Program-made: the position numbers and the translations under genes
Notes under the pieces: generated by a model
The model's database searches: none
Told to the model about the DNA's origin: nothing
The model's input: the letters and a program-made list of their open reading frames with translations, nothing else
Part shown: piece after piece, positions 12,511 through 27,020 of the stretch
Layout of the letters: every line of letters starts with the position of its first letter
Position numbering within the stretch: the first letter of the stretch is position 1
NCBI GenBank assembly: GCA_030324005.1
Contig: JARDVH010000132.1
Coordinates: forward strand, 78,977,973 to 79,041,972
Length of the DNA stretch: 64,000 nucleotides
Direction: 5' to 3'
DNA from: Negaprion brevirostris
Taxonomy: Eukaryota

Positions 12511-14170
12511 GTATAGTGCTATTTTTATTATCCCTTTATTAAGTTTTTACATTTCATCGTTCATCCATTCAATGAATGGTTAAACCTTTCATCTGTTATA
12601 TTCCGAGTCAGAGGTTGATACAGCTAAGTAAATAATTGTGCTTTACTTTTGTCTGATTCGTATATAATAATCATTTTAACTTTTTCTAATCAAACCATCG
12701 GTAAACATGGCATCCTCTTCAGCAAAATATTCTTGCAAATTACTATTTGATTTTGTTCATGGCTATTTATATTGACATAAAATGTATGCTGCATGTTACA
12801 TTTCCGTTCTGTTATAAAGATCATACTTCAATATCTGAATAGTTCTGAATACTCATCAGTTTAGCCCTTACATTGATACTATTTTTGTGATGTTGATATT
12901 CATTGTACCAAAGTATTAACATAATAGCAAAGAACATTGGTACAGTTGTCATGCGTCAAAGTTCTGGCATATGTGGTGTTGGCTAACTCTCAGACTGAAA
13001 TAAGCACTGTATCAAAACTGAAACTGATTTTTATGTTGACGTTAAAAACAGGATGAAGCATGTTTGGGTTGACTTGACATTAATTGAAGAGTAACAGCGT
13101 ATTCAATAAAAAGGCACATATATATGAAATGGAATTGCTTTGTATTCAGAATGATCCAGATAATTTGCCCCTTTTCCCGTGTACATAAAATTATAATTTA
13201 TCTTGTGTACTATATCTCATTGAGCATGCAAAAATCATTTGTTTGAAATGTATCTTCAAATTGGCAAAACTAGCTATTGTACAATGGAGTTAGCCTCTAA
13301 CTCTGTTTCATCAACTCTTTCAACTTTGTGACTGACTTTTGATAGCTTTCTGACGAAAGAGAGAGAGTTGTTGGATAAGCAAAAGCTTTCTTATAACTGC
13401 AGTTTATGAAAAAAGTGTGCTGCTCCTCTTGAATGAATAGATTTTGAAAGTGTTTTTGATCTGTCACATGAACTGCTGGATTTGGAAAATCAGTGATTTA
13501 AGTGTGACTAACTTGAGATTTTCAAATGGTACATGCAAAGAACAAAATGTCGTTTTATGACTGTTAATATAACTGAAATACTTCTGCACATCATGATTAT
13601 TTGACTATCAGGGTCAGGTTACCTGTCGGCTGCTCAGAATTCTCCCCCTGACATTTATAGGGAATGAGCAGGGGCACATGTTTACTGAATAGAAGAATAC
13701 CAGAAATGCTGGGATCATGGACCTCATTATCATATCTTTACTCATTGTTTCACCCAGCAGCTGGCCATATTAACTGGCTATGGGAGGGAAAGCTGGAGGG
13801 AGAAAGCTGCAGTCAGGGACCACTGGATGTTGGAGATAGTACCCCGAAACATCATGGGTTGGCGGGAGGATAGAAGTTCAACAGGCAATCAGGGATCGCA
13901 GGTTTGGGGGAATGCAAGCCGATTGCGGCAGAAGATATGCTTGCACGACTGTGAGAATGCACTCGTCCTCCTCTTGGCCAGCAAATTGTGCTTTGTTATA
14001 GCACTTAACTGCTGGATGCATCTGCAAAATTAGCTGTGTTTGTGTGCTTACAGCAGATTGGGGTAAGCTTTCAGTTTAACAAGCAGCTCATTGACAAAGG
14101 ATACGGATCAAATGTCCCCTCAATAAAGTTACTGTTATAAAACCAAATTTATTTCTAAGTATCTATTCTT

Positions 14171-14297
14171 TGGGGTGAGATTGGCCTGCCCTTATAGCAT
14201 GGAAGGAGGGATTGTTGCAGCCGTTTCCCATGAATAAAACTGGGCTACTGATTTACCACCCATTTCCATGCTATAGGCACAGACTAATCTCTCTCCC
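14171..14297. repeat. Palindromic MITE-like element
   Basis: ggggtgagattggcctgcccttatagcatggaa / ttccatgctataggcacagactaatctctctccc arms. Confidence 0.65.
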
Positions 14298-15163
14298 TTT
14301 GTCACCTGAAAGCACTGACCCTTATTGGATCCAGTAGAGCCACAGGCTTCCTTTTGACCTTCCGTGGCATGAGTGGATGTTCGTTCGAACTTTTGGCCAC
14401 GTTATACTAGGCATTTTTGTGCCATAATGTTGCTGTTCTATTTGTCATTTGGGCAGAATTTCTGACTGTCCAGTATTAATTAATTTCTGGTGTATGGTCG
14501 GTTCATGGCAATCTAGATATACTGGCAGTTAAATCACCACCCTTTTATCCTAAATGGGAAGAGGAGGCATTTAGTTTTCCAGTAAACCGTCCAATTACAT
14601 CATAACCCCGAGGACAACCCCGAACACGAGAAATATTTAGCTATAATTTCAGTGGTGAGCTAAGCAATCCCAAATTCTCTGGATTCCAGTGGGGCTGGGT
14701 CGTTTACATATTTAACATATGCTCATTGCATATTTTCCACAAGCACAGGGACCTCCTAACTAGCTGTTTGGCAGGGCATTCAGAGTGCAACAATTGTTAA
14801 AAGCTTATTACATTTAGTGTGTTTTTGAGTGTTGTACTGCTGTTATGTTCGCTAAAGCCATATGTTACAGTTATGTTGACTTATGTCCCTTTGTAACTTC
14901 CTACTCTGCACTATACAACTTGGCATGTCTCAATTACTTAGTATCATATGCAAATTCGGATGTGCTATTCTCTATCCCCTCATCCAAGTCATTAATATGC
15001 ATGGTAATAGTTAAGGCCAAGTACAGATTCCCTGAGAATTTGTCTCACCAAGGTGAGCATATTCCTGTTATCCTTATACTTATTACTTACTGTCCAGCTG
15101 GCGAGCAACAAGGTTACATATAATTCTGCACACTGTCATACTTCAGTAATATATGGAAACTAT

Positions 15164-15458
15164 GGGGAGGAAGTAGCATTCTGGCATTGTTGCTGGACTA
15201 GAAATCCAGAGATCCAGGGTAATGCTCTGGGGACCAGGGTTCATGTCCCACCGTTGCAGATTTAAAATTTTAAAAATCTGGAATCAAAAGTTTAACAATG
15301 ACCATGAAAGCATTGTCAAAAAATCCATCTGGGGTTCACTAATGTCCTTTAAGGAAGGAAATCTGTCGGCCTACATGTGATTTTGGATCCACAGCAAGTG
15401 GTTGACCATTCAGTGTCCTTGGGGATGGGCAATAATTCTCACTCCCCATGAACGAATT
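15164..15458 (+). mobile_element. tRNA-derived SINE family B (copy 1)
   Basis: Aligns with 16606-17155, 19304-19687 and 61667-62020 (ctggactag.aatccagaga...gggttc.aatcccacc...gaaggaaatctg...gggcaataa). Confidence 0.75.
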
Positions 15459-16605
15459 ACAAAATCAGGGAAAGGTTTTCTGGATTGACAAAGAGCAGTA
15501 GACTAGGGGTAATGAAAGCAGCCTGTCCCAGATAGTGTTGAGGACCAGCAGCATGTCTTTGTCTTTTGAAAAGCAAATATCCTGAAGTTCAAAGTTAGTC
15601 CCTATTTCTTCAACATGGTGTTTGCTGTGCATCCATTCCTCCACTTTCTCCTAGCTTGTCCAAAGCCCAGTTGCCTGTATCATGACATTTAATATTCTCC
15701 ATGGCCTGCCCTTGTCCTTTCTCTGCAACTTTACTTTCAATCCCTTACTCTCCAGTACACCATCTGTGACCTTTTACCATCTTGTCTTGTCTTTGCCATT
15801 ACCACCACCAAACTGGACCAGCGTTTAGCTGTCTTTGTTCCACTCTGTGGAAATGCTTTCCATAGATTACTCTGTATTGCCATTTACTCTCTTTTCAAAA
15901 CAAAACTTTCAATGCCGTGTTTTTTTCAGTCCCTTTTATTTTTGAAGCCTTAGTTTCTGTCACTTCTTTCAGAGCTCATTGTTCAGTAATTTCCATTTCA
16001 GCTCCTCTTCTTCCTCATTTCTCTGCCTGAAGGCAGGTCAGACCCACCACGGATAGGTTTGGAAGGGACAATATTAGTTGGGACTAAACTCAACTATGTG
16101 CAGATGGTTACTGACTTTTAACTGGGCACTGCAGAACATTGGGTNNNNNNNNNNGTCACTGATTAGATAACTTCCATTTAGCGACAGCAAATCTCTTTGT
16201 CACATTCTCTAATCAATCCCAGCGCCACTTCAGAAGAGAATGACTGTGACAGTTACTATTTTCCAAGACAGGTAGCTATCACAAATTCAGGAGTTCTGTA
16301 TGTGGAAGGTCACTTGAGGCAGCTTAGTGTAGTTATGTAGAATAAGCCTGCAGTGGCCTCATCACAACACCCAGCTACAACTTAAATCACCACAATTTCT
16401 TTACCTGCCGTACCCATAAACTCATTCTAAGTAGCAAGCAATCTTTGCATGAAGGAGAATTTATTGATAGCCCTAAAATTGCCTCTTGCCAGTTTGAATA
16501 TTGTTCTCTTGATCTGTTGTCATGTGTCAGTTATGTTCTGTCCTGCAAAAAAAAAATCAAATTATACTAATTAAATTTGTGTTATTTGCATTAGTAATGG
16601 AAACA

Positions 16606-17155
16606 GAGGAACAGTGGTATTGTCACTGGACTAGTAAGCCAGAGATCCAGGTCAAGACCTGGGGATCTGGGTTCAAATCCCACCATAGCAGATGATGAAA
16701 TGTGAATTCAATTAAAAAAAGCAAGTGTGAGGTTATCCACTTTGGCAGGAATAATAGTAGGAAGGACTACTACTTANNNNNNNNNNNNNNNNNNNNNNNN
16801 NNNNNNNNNNNNNNNNNNNNNNNNNNNNNNNNNNNNNNNNNNNNNNNNNNNNNNNNNNNNNNNNNNNNNNNNNNNNATTGAATGGCGGGGCAGGCTCGAA
16901 GGGCTAGATGGCCTACTCCTGCTCCTATTTCTTATGTTCTTATGTTCTTATTGTCATAATATCCCAACTGGCTCACTAATGTCCTTTTAGGGAAGGCAAT
17001 CTGCCATCCTTAACTGATCTGGCTTACGTATGACTCCAGATCCACAGCAATGTGGTTGATTCACCAGTGTCCTCTGAAATGGAGAGCAGTTAGAGATGAG
17101 CAATAAATGCTGGCCCAGCTAGCAAAGCCCAAGCCCCATAAATGAATTTAAAAAA
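16606..17155 (+). mobile_element. SINE family B copy interrupted by a young 5'-truncated CR1 (approx. 16721-16950, with gap)
   Basis: SINE head, then KCEVIHFGRNN-coding CR1 piece and CR1 3' tail (..ttatgttct repeats), then SINE body resumes. Confidence 0.8.
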
Positions 17156-19303
17156 ACTATATTTTGCAGAATTGCATTTCCTACAGTAAGTCTTATTAGG
17201 AATTCAGGTATGAGGATGATTACGGAATGTGCATACTCAAATGTTGAGTAGCTGAGGCTTCAGGCCAAGTTTGCAACTTCATACAGTTGGCCTTTATAAC
17301 ATGCACAATTTCTCTGCAGCCATGAGCCATGTACATTAGTGTGTGGGTGGAATGTTTGCATATCATAACAGATTATACTGTGCATTTTTTGTATTGTAAG
17401 GGCCTTGAATAATTCTGCTGTGCTATTTATAACAAACTGGTTTACTGTGTAAATTTTCAATAAAACCACTGTCTATTTAATAAATTGCAGTATATGGATA
17501 GGAAAACATTCAAAACTGCTTCAGAGACATGGGGCTAGATTTTACGCTGAAGGTGGGCTCCCTGCACCTTAGCATAAATTGGGATCTCTGCTTAGCTTTC
17601 TCATCATGCTTTAATGTTTCGAATGATGGCACTTTAATTACTGTGAAGCAGGACTTCCCTCTACCTCCAGGAGGAAGGCTCCCTTTTAGAGCTGCTGTTA
17701 GCTCTACAGTCCCACGGAGCCAAACATGGGCGGAGGCCCTGCTGCAAGGAGGGCAGGAAGTGGTGTCCAATGATGGACCCGGACACCTGAGGTAAGTCCA
17801 AGATGTCTCCAGGGACAGGCTGTCAGGTCCAAAGAGGAGGGGTGAGTGCTTGTTGGATTTGGACGGGGGGGGGGGGGGGGGGGNNNNNNNNNNGTAAAAG
17901 CTTGGGCAGTGAGGAAGGAAGTGGATCTAGGAAGATTACTTTCAGAGCTTGTAGCTCAGTAAGCTGAAGGCACAGTTACCAGTGATGAGACCAAAGTGGG
18001 ATGATGCACAAGAGGCTGCAGTCACAGAAATAATGAATGAAGAGACAGACTCGTGAGAGGTGCACATTTTGTGCAATGTGGAGGAAACTGAGGTCTTGGG
18101 CAAGTTTTGATTTGTTGGAAGGGGGAAGCAGCTGAATGGATGGTGATGAAGAATTCTATGAATTCATTGTGCTTGTTGGAAATTTAGGAGATAATGGGTA
18201 GTGTACATATAAGCAGAGAATTCTGTGCTTTCTAATGTAATGGATAATTTTGGCAAAGGGGTTTGAGGCCTAATAGAACTCTGGTGGCACTTGGGCAGCT
18301 AAGCATGTTATGTACCACAGAGAGGATGTTGACCTCTCTATTTCTAGAATTTGCTTAACAGAAGGTAACTCAGATTCTTGGTGATGGTTTGTTTATTTTC
18401 AGTACTGTTACCTCATTGTAGGAACTTCCTACCTCAGTAATTGGAAGATTTGTAAATTAGTTACCTGGTTGACATCAGAAAATAAAATGTTAGGGATAAT
18501 GCCATTTGGGTTATCAGAGTTGCTCATTTCTTATTTCAGTCTAAATAATTTTGGAAATAAAGTACCTGGGTTTAACAACAGATTTCTAATTTCATGAACA
18601 ATGTCCGGAATCTTAACACCGTTTTCGTGGATTTTCCCATCCCGCTGCAGTGAACGGCAATTTCGCTGGCCGCCAAATTCTCCGACTTTGCCGCAGTGGG
18701 AGTGTGGCGTTAATGGCCGGTAAGATCACACCCATTGTCTTTTCTATTCCAACTACTTCATAAACACTCTAACTTTAAAAAGAAACCCTGCTCCTCAGTC
18801 CAGAAAGAATCACAAACCTATTATTTTCAGAGCTGAAAATCGGATGTTGCACACAACAAAATACTTCTCATACCAAGTGTCTAGCTTATTGAGCAAACTG
18901 AATAGCAAGTCTTTATGACTGTTATAAAATTGTAGAAGCAAATGAAGAAAACAACATGGCTGATGTTTACAGTGATGGGATCTTTCCAATTACACAGGAA
19001 TGAAATAATTGGCAGTAGATTCATCTGCAAGTTTACTGGTGGAAAAGAAAAGTGCCTTCCAAAACTTTGAAAATCTGGTTCCTGTCTCCTCTATCAGTAA
19101 GATCTATAGTCTAAATCCTGTTTCCTGGAACATTTGAAAACTAAAAGGCGAACAACAAATGGAGGAAATTTATCAAAAACAATTTGAATTTGTCCCTTTC
19201 ACCTTGATTTATTTGGCAATAGTCTCACTTTTAACCTGGAATATTGAGGGTTCAAACTCTACACTGGAATTGACTTAAATTGGTTAGTGTAGTTATCATG
19301 CGC

Positions 19304-19687
19304 GAGGAGGTATTGGCCTAGTGGTATTATTGCTACATTATTAATCCAGAAACTCAGCTAATACTCTAGAGACCTGAGCTCGAATCCCACAACAGCTGAT
19401 GATGGAATTGTAATCAATTTAAAAAATCAAATTAAGAACCTACTGATCATGAAGCTATTGTAAATTGTTGGAAAAACCCATCTGGATCACTAATGCACGT
19501 TAGGGAAGGAAATCTGTTGTCCTTATCTGGTCTGGCCTACATGTGACTCCAGGGCCACAGCAACATGGTTGACTCTCAACTGCCCTCTGAAATGGCCTAG
19601 CAAGCCACTCAATCCAAGGGCAACTAGCAATGGGCAATAAATGCTGGCCCTGCCAGCGATGCCCATATCCCACAAATGAATAAAAAA
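19304..19687 (+). mobile_element. SINE family B, near full length
   Basis: tRNA-like head; tail gggcaataaatgctggcc..gcccatatcccacaaatgaataaaaaa. Confidence 0.8.
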
Positions 19688-21008
19688 GACAGAGATGTAG
19701 GTTCAGCTTGGAATCTGTCCTGGTGAAGATGCTATCAGTCTGGTTGATATCCTAGGTAGGGACATCTAATCACATGGTAAGAGGCAATCAAACAGGTAAG
19801 ATTTTGGGGTGGGAAATGATAGAGGTGTGCAGGGGAAAGCACTCCTGCTTCTCCAAGCCCACAAAGATACTGCTGAATCCAGCCTGCTGCTCCCTTCTCA
19901 GCTGAGTCTCCTGATCTTGAGAAAACCAGACCCTCAGCCATTAAACCTAAATTCTGAGGCATTCGGCTAAATTAACTTGTTTAAATTACTGTAATTGTTG
20001 ACCTGTCTCTTGAGAGCAGGCTGCCCTGGAACCCATTCCGATTAAACAAAGCTTGCAGTGGGTTTGGGTTGAATTTCCAGACTTTAAGCATAAATGGCAG
20101 CTCAGTTCAAGGTTAGGGTGTGTTGTTCAAGTTTCCCAATCGACTTGCATACGCATTTTGACTTATTTGCTGGTGACCTGAAGGAGCTTAGTTAATTGCA
20201 ATTTTCCTTTTCCATGTAACATCTTGTGTTTTTCTTTCTGAACTATTGAGTTAGATTTGATGCAGTCTGTTGCAGCAGGAAACGTTGTGGCCTTGCCCAC
20301 TCATTTGAGGAGATATCCCACTTCAATCTCTCAATGGCAGCTAAATGCTCCCACATTAAGTCAGAGCGCGGAAGGGGTTGATAGGGTTCATAGCTACTAT
20401 CTGTGAGATGTCAGTTAAGTTCATTGATGAAGCAATTGATTCCCATTATCCCTGAGCCTGCTGCAATTTAGTGATTTGTAGATTAAATCGAGTCTGCACA
20501 CCTTTCCTGCTCCCTTGGAAGGCCGGTTTGCCAGTGGCCTCCCAGGAGGTCCATCATATTCAAACACTCTGCTCCCGATTGAGGGACTCAGCAACGGAAA
20601 GGCAATGTCCTCTGAAAGCCACTTGCCTCCAACCCCCTGTCCTAAGCCTCTCCTGGGACCCCCACCCCAAGGTCCCCCATCCTGCTTTCACTCAACTTTG
20701 GTCTGGAGTCCTTGATGACCCTGACCTCTGATGGGTCCATTCCCTTAGCAGCCACTCCTCCTGCTAACACCAGCAGCTTGGATACAAGTGGAATGGAACA
20801 GCCATGAAAATTCTAATCTCCATTCCTTTACAAAAATCAATGAAACTGTGAATGTATTCATTGAAGATTCATTGTCTCATGGTCTGTTTTTGAACATTTT
20901 CATTGTCTTATTTACCTATAGATCAATGATTTATCTTGAAAAGTAATCAGTTAGTTGCACAGTACTAAATGATGTTTTGGGAGGCTGATAATAAACAATA
21001 TAAATGTG

Positions 21009-21355
21009 GGAACCAAATGATAAAATGCTGGAAAATCTCAGCAGGTCTGGCATCTTCGGAAAGTAGAAAAGAGAACTGATGATTTGATTACAGATGACAG
21101 TTTGTCAAAGTTTTCTATCCTTACAGACANNNNNNNNNNNNNNNNNNNNNNNNNNNNNNNNNNNNNNNNNNNNNNNNNNNNNNNNNNNNNNNNNNNNNNN
21201 NNNNNNNNNNNNNNNNNNNNNNNNNNNNNGAAGGCTCATCTGGATTCAAAACGCCAACTCTTTTCTCTACGGATGCTGCCAGATCTGCTGAGATTTTCCA
21301 GCATTTGCTCTTTTGGTTTCAGATTCCAGCATCTGCAGTAATTTGCTTTTATCCA
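21009..21355. mobile_element. Second palindromic Penelope-like remnant family (spans gap)
   Basis: aaatgctggaaaatctcagcaggtctggca inverted against tgccagatctgctgagattttccagcattt; degenerate gaagg.tcatctgga.tc.aaacg hammerhead-like segment. Confidence 0.65.
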
Positions 21356-23586
21356 ATATGAATACAGGTGCCAGAACTCTCCAAAAAAAAATTCGAAGTG
21401 TGGAATTTGCAGGACAACTGGAGTAATTCATACTGGCTTTTTTAGTGGGACTTCAAACTAGAATCTCCCGCAATCTGTGAACTGCAGAGGCCACCATTAG
21501 ATTTCAGAGGACGGGGCCTATTTCCACCTGGGAGACTGAAACCAGTGGGCATCTGCGCACGCGCAGTGGCCCTGAACTGTCAGCTTCCCATTTGCTGGCC
21601 ACCTCATTCGCAGCCTGTCAGCCTTGATTCAGCCCCATCCCAATTTTCCAGCTCTTCTGCAGCCCACCCCCTCCCCAGGCAGTGCTGACAACCCAGCAGA
21701 CAGACCCCACGCCAATCTCCAGCCAAACCCCACTCCCTGCATTGCCGACCCTCCCGACAGGCTGACACCCTCACTCACACTGATTGCTGGCCTCCCTCTT
21801 GGCCCAACTAATCCCAAATGCATACTGGCAGTGGGACTCCCCACCCACACCGATCACCCCCTTGGCGTTGCCCCATGCATGGTGGACAGTGCCAAGGTGC
21901 TACCTGGGCATGGGCACTTTGCCCCTTGGGCAGTACCATGGGCACAGGGTGGCACTGCTAAGGTGCCCATGCCCAGGGGGCACGATTCCCGGAGGTCCTG
22001 ATTTTCTTCCCACCTTTCACTCCATCTCCTGTGAGACGAGCTCACGGTGGCCAGGCATGCGTGAATCCCAAGCATGCCTGGCCGCAAGATTTCCCTCAGC
22101 TCATTGTGGTAGAAAATTAGGAAGAATAATTGCTGCTGATATTTTTCAGAAGCTTAATCTACTGATACCAGATTCCCCTCTGCATAATATTAGCACAGAT
22201 CTTAATCCATTTGTTATACCCAGGTTAGCAACTGCATTTTAACAGCAGCAAGATAAAATTGGTGCAAGAGTATTAAAGTGATGCAAAAACAGTGCCACTC
22301 CTTGTATTTATTTTGCAATCAGGAGAAATATCACTTTCTGAATGGGCTGTAAATTCAATATATTTGCACCCAATCTTTGAGTATAAAACAGGCCCACTGA
22401 TGGCAAGTTTAGCATTGAGTCAGCCTGGGCCAGGTTTGTATGTGTCCAATTCAGCAAGGACTTTTTATTCAGGTGATTCTGAAGCCCATTTGATGAGAGG
22501 CTCCTGTTCCCATTACTGATCCCATTCCAGAAATTGTTGGGAAGTAGCAAAAGTTTGTGCTTCCATAAGCTGCAACTACTTTACCCATTTTAGGCCTTCA
22601 AAGCAGCCAAAATGTAAGTTGTTTTTAGCAAGTATAGCTGTAGCTGAAAGCTGTGTTTAATTAACCAACCCCAGCTGATTGGCTCCCCAATACCTGGATA
22701 GGGCTGTGTGCCCAGCCAGATCCAGACAGACATGAATACGATTGCACACTGCTTGTTGTACTAATTTGATGATGAGGTCTGACAACAAATTTAGTGGATG
22801 GTCTTTGGGTCTTTCTGTTCTTGTGTGACTTGAACGAGGGTGAAACAGGTCATAGCTGTTTTAGCAGGTAATTAATCTGTGTTCTATTTTTAACACGGTT
22901 TTCTCCACACCTGAGACTATTTATATCCCATCAATTATTCACCTGTTTTAACAGAATATTTTATTGAAACTTGGCAGCAAAGTATGCTGCTTTCTCTATT
23001 TGTGTGTATCAATGCAAAATTCTTCATTTAATCACATGCCAGTCATTATGACAGTGAACACTAGGAATATAATGGGGAAAATTCTGAAAAACTTGCATGT
23101 GTATGGTTCTGATATTTAGATAAATTGGAGAAATATTTATTTTAGCAGAGTGCCAAATGAGGCCCACACCTTCCCATCCAATTGAAAAGTCTGCGAAATT
23201 TCATAAAGACACTTCTTCCTTTTCTTGGTAGAGTGCTTCTTTAAATGCTAGAATAACACAGCGCAGAAGATTATCATGCAGCCCATTGTTCCTCTTTAAA
23301 AGGGCAATTCAGTTAGTTCCATAAAGGCCTGGAAAATGTCAGGCCACTATCTAAAGATGTGGAAACGAAAGTGATGCAATAGCTTGATGCTTTGCTGAGT
23401 TCCGATTAATTGAAATGGGACATGAAGGGGTGAAGTTGACACCACTTCTAAGGACAGATCCTTTCGGGTTGGAGAGTGGAAAGTCAGAAGGTATCATGAA
23501 TACACAGCAAAGTGCAAGATTACCAAGTAGGAATGGGGTGAGAGAGAAGTGACGAGGAAGGAAGATCTGGAGGGGTTTAAGGGACC

Positions 23587-24065
23587 ATGTCGGCTGTGGC
23601 TCAGTTGATAACACACTCGTCTCTGAACTACATAGAGCAGGATTTATCGAGCATCCCACTGTGAGGTGGTCCACCATCTTACGGTCCTGTCATTGTCAAT
23701 ACAGTTTCCTGTTGAATGGATCCCTTACATCCAGGAGATCTTTGGTGGGGTGCGTTGTTGATGGGACTGGAAGATCCTGCTGCCATGAGGTGGCAGGAAA
23801 GTTCTGGCCAAAGTTTTAGGTTCAAGTCTTACCCAAGATTGAGCAGATAAAATCAGGGCTGACACTCCAATATAGTACTGAGGGAGCACTGTGCTGTTGA
23901 ATGTGTTGACTTTCAGGCAAGGTGTTAAATGGAGGTCCCTTTGGCTGCTCAAGTGCATGTAAAAGATCCCATGGTACTATTCTGAAGAAGAACAGGGGAT
24001 ATCCTAAACAATATCTATCTCAATCAGTGTTGCAATAAGATAGATTACCTGGTCATTGATACATT
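23587..24065 (+). mobile_element. Deu-domain SINE (SacSINE1/AmnSINE-like) split by a MITE-like insert at 23635-23809
   Basis: tRNA head plus Deu-like core gtaaaagatcccatggtactatt.gaagaaga.caggg...agatta.ctggtcatt. Confidence 0.75.
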
Positions 24066-24777
24066 CTTTAAAAAAATGTTTATGGAATATAGATGTTAGT
24101 CTGTGTTGCTGACATAACCAAAGCAGAAACACAAAGGGCTGTTGCAAGTGCCCACCTGAAAGTGTTAAAGGAATTTCTTCATGATTTTTCCTTAATTGGC
24201 CACAAGCATTTTTTTTTTTTGCTTCTTTGGAAGCTGTGAGAAGACGGGCCTCATGCTAGTTTTCCTCATGTATGATTTTGTTTCTTTCATTCATTGGCTT
24301 TGTCTATGATTTAGATTGTTAATTTTTTATCTGTGGTGAGTTGTGCATTGCCTGCTGGGCATTAAGATATCTGCCTTATTTCTGATGTGTATCACCAGTC
24401 TGTGATGTTCCCTGCCATCAGTGATAAGAACTAAAATTTATCCCTGAGTTCCACTTGGAACTTATCTGAACTGTTTTTGAAAAAACACTAACGAAATATT
24501 CCTTCCACTTCCTGTTTTGAACACAAAAAGCCATTGAAGGTTTATACTGAGAATGAAGTTCCAAAAAGTGTTGAGCAATTAGTACAAATGTTGCGCATCA
24601 TTCATCTTTTGTGCTGATTCCTGTTAAATACAACAGTATTGCATTTTAAGAAGGATTTATTTGTGCCATGAAGCTTTTGCTCGCTGAGTCATTGGGTTTG
24701 TTTTACAGTGATAAAACCGCAGAATTACAGTTAGTGGGTAATTGAGTGATTTTTCTTTTGTTTTTTTTTTAATACAG

Positions 24778-24912
24778 ACGCTGCTTTCTGAAGTAGAACT
24801 GCAGGTGGACAATCTTATCAATGGGGTCTATGTGAACATTACTGCAGTCTGTCCTGATGGGGCTGAACATCCAGGCCACAATAAATGCAAAAATGTGAAA
24901 GCCAGTGATACA
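24778..24912 (+). CDS. ITGB8: ITGB8 exon (approx. exon 9), hybrid domain: TLLSEVELQVDNLINGVYVNITAVCPDG...KCKNVKASDT
   Basis: Poly-T tract plus aatacag acceptor, gtaag donor, 135 nt, phase 0/0. Confidence 0.96.
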
Positions 24913-26639
24913 GTAAGAATTGTATTCAACATGAAACTCCACACAATGCTGCATACTGTTAATTTAGATTTATATTCCTTTGGGTTACACAATACATGCC
25001 ATACTTTCCAGAGTGATATTGCATGCTTTGTCAACGAGTGATTTAATATTCATTGTCTCGGGTTAATATTAATCCCCTCTCCCATTTGTAGCAGCTATTC
25101 ACATTTAAATTGCAGGACATCAGGAAGATTAAGGCAAATTTATTATTACTGCTCTGTACAGGCCTTGATTTATATATAATTGGTAAGAAACCATGGGCAG
25201 AATTTTGCCACCACGGGAATCTTAACAGGTGGGAAGGAAAATCTAGCAGACCGCTTAAAGGTCTGTTGACCTAGGATGGTGGTGGTGTGGATTGGGGGCG
25301 TGGTACTTGGGACACGCTTGGCTGAAAAATACCACCCCAGGTATACGTATTTTCTTGTAATTTATAGATATTTATGCTCACGCAATTGCTTACATTAGGC
25401 GGAAAAAAACACTGTCCAGAGGAACTAAACATTTCTACATTTTTATTTTGCACCCATTGTCAGCAGAGTTAATTAGGGTTTGCTTATTTCTCAGAGTTGT
25501 CCCTCGACATTCCAGTACTAATTTCTGGCTCTAAATTTAAGGATAATTTCATTATCTTGCCCACTGGAAATGGTATTTGCCGATAAGTGTATTTCAGGGA
25601 ATTGTGTGTTTGTAGCTTGTGATTTTGTCAGTTCATTTTAATGTGATGAAAAATATCACAAACCACGTAGTCACAGCTCTTGAGGTGAGGTTGTAGAATA
25701 TTACTTCCATTAATAAAGAAAGTCGCACTTGTGTGGCACCAACCAAAACCTCAAGATGTGCAATCGCTTTGTGTGGGAATAAAGCACCCAACCTCTGAAC
25801 TACAAGGTCTGAGAAAGAGCAATTGGGGTGGAACTTATCATGGAAAATGATAAACTCCCCCCAGAAACACAGCCAGGTTTTCATCCCAGATCTTCTGATG
25901 TTTTGTCAAAAAAAAGGGGTTCGTGTTTTGCACCATTGTTGTGGTGCAGGCCTGATAAAGGCAGTAAGGCAGTATCCACAGAGATAGGACACTCTGATCT
26001 CAAAGTAAAGTTAATGGCCCTGTAACAACCCCAGATGGAAAAGAACACCCCCACCCCTGGAGCACAGAGGTCAGTCTGCCCCCCGCCATCCCCAGAACAC
26101 AGAGGCCAATCTGCCCCCACCACTCAATGGGAGGGCCCAGGAACATGAAGCTCAGAAGTCCCGTTTTGAACCTCTCGCAGGATCTAACAGCCATTCCACA
26201 ATTTATTCACAAAGTGAACAGGTGCAGATAATCGTGCCTTAGGTTATNNNNNNNNNNNNNNNNNNNNNNNNNNNNNNNNNNNNNNNNNNNNNNNNNNNNN
26301 NNNNNNNNNNNNNNNNNNNNNNNNNNNNNNNNNNNNNNNNNNNNNNNNNNNNNNNNNNNNNNNNNNNNNNNNNNNNNNNNNNNNNNNNNNNNNNNNNNNN
26401 NNNNNNNNNNNNNNNNNNNNNNNNNNNNNNNNNNNNNNNNNNNNNNNNNNNNNNNNNNNNNNNNNNNNNNNNNNNNNNNNNNNNNNNNNNNNNNNNNNNN
26501 NNNNNNNNATATATCTCACCTTTGCACTCCTTCAGCACCACGTTGTGTTTAAGTTAACTTGACTGGAATTTGAACCTGTGCTCTTCTAGTTTGTGTGCAA
26601 GAGGCCCGCTTGCTTCCTAAGCTACATTGCTCCTATCTA

Positions 26640-27020
26640 AGCAACACCTCAATTTGAAAAGTCTCATCTGTGCTTTCAAATTCCCCTCATTCCCTTGATA
26701 ATCTCCTCCAGCTCTACAACCTCTAACTATCTGCACTCCTCCAATTCTATCCTCTTGCGCAACTTTAATTTTGATCGATTTGTCCTTTGTGACCACACCT
26801 TCAGCTGCTTGGCTTCTGGAGTTCCTTCCCCAAATCTCTTGTCTGTCTTTTTTTTTCTCCCTAGTCCTTAAAACCTACCATTTTGACCAAGCTTTTGGTC
26901 ACTTGCCATAATATGTTCTTATGTGGCTCGCTGTCAAATTTTATTTGATGCTGCTGCTGCAATGTGCCTTGTGACATTTTATTGCATTAAAGGCATTATG
27001 TAAGTACAAGTTGTTGTTGA
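26640..27020 (+). mobile_element. Probable L2-type LINE 3' end
   Basis: ccttcagctg...ttaaaacctaccattttgaccaagcttttgg...ttaaaggcattatgtaagtacaagttgttgttg tail. Confidence 0.55.

Noticed and set aside
16877-16950. Recurrent peptide IEWRGRLEGLDGLLLLL in three ORFs (16727, 38103, 50516)
   Set aside because: It is the translation of a young CR1 3'UTR, not a gene family.
21624-22242. Overlapping 125-152 aa Pro-rich ORFs
   Set aside because: They lie in a GC-rich repeat with internal ggca(g/c)tgcc motifs. No recognisable domain or splice context.
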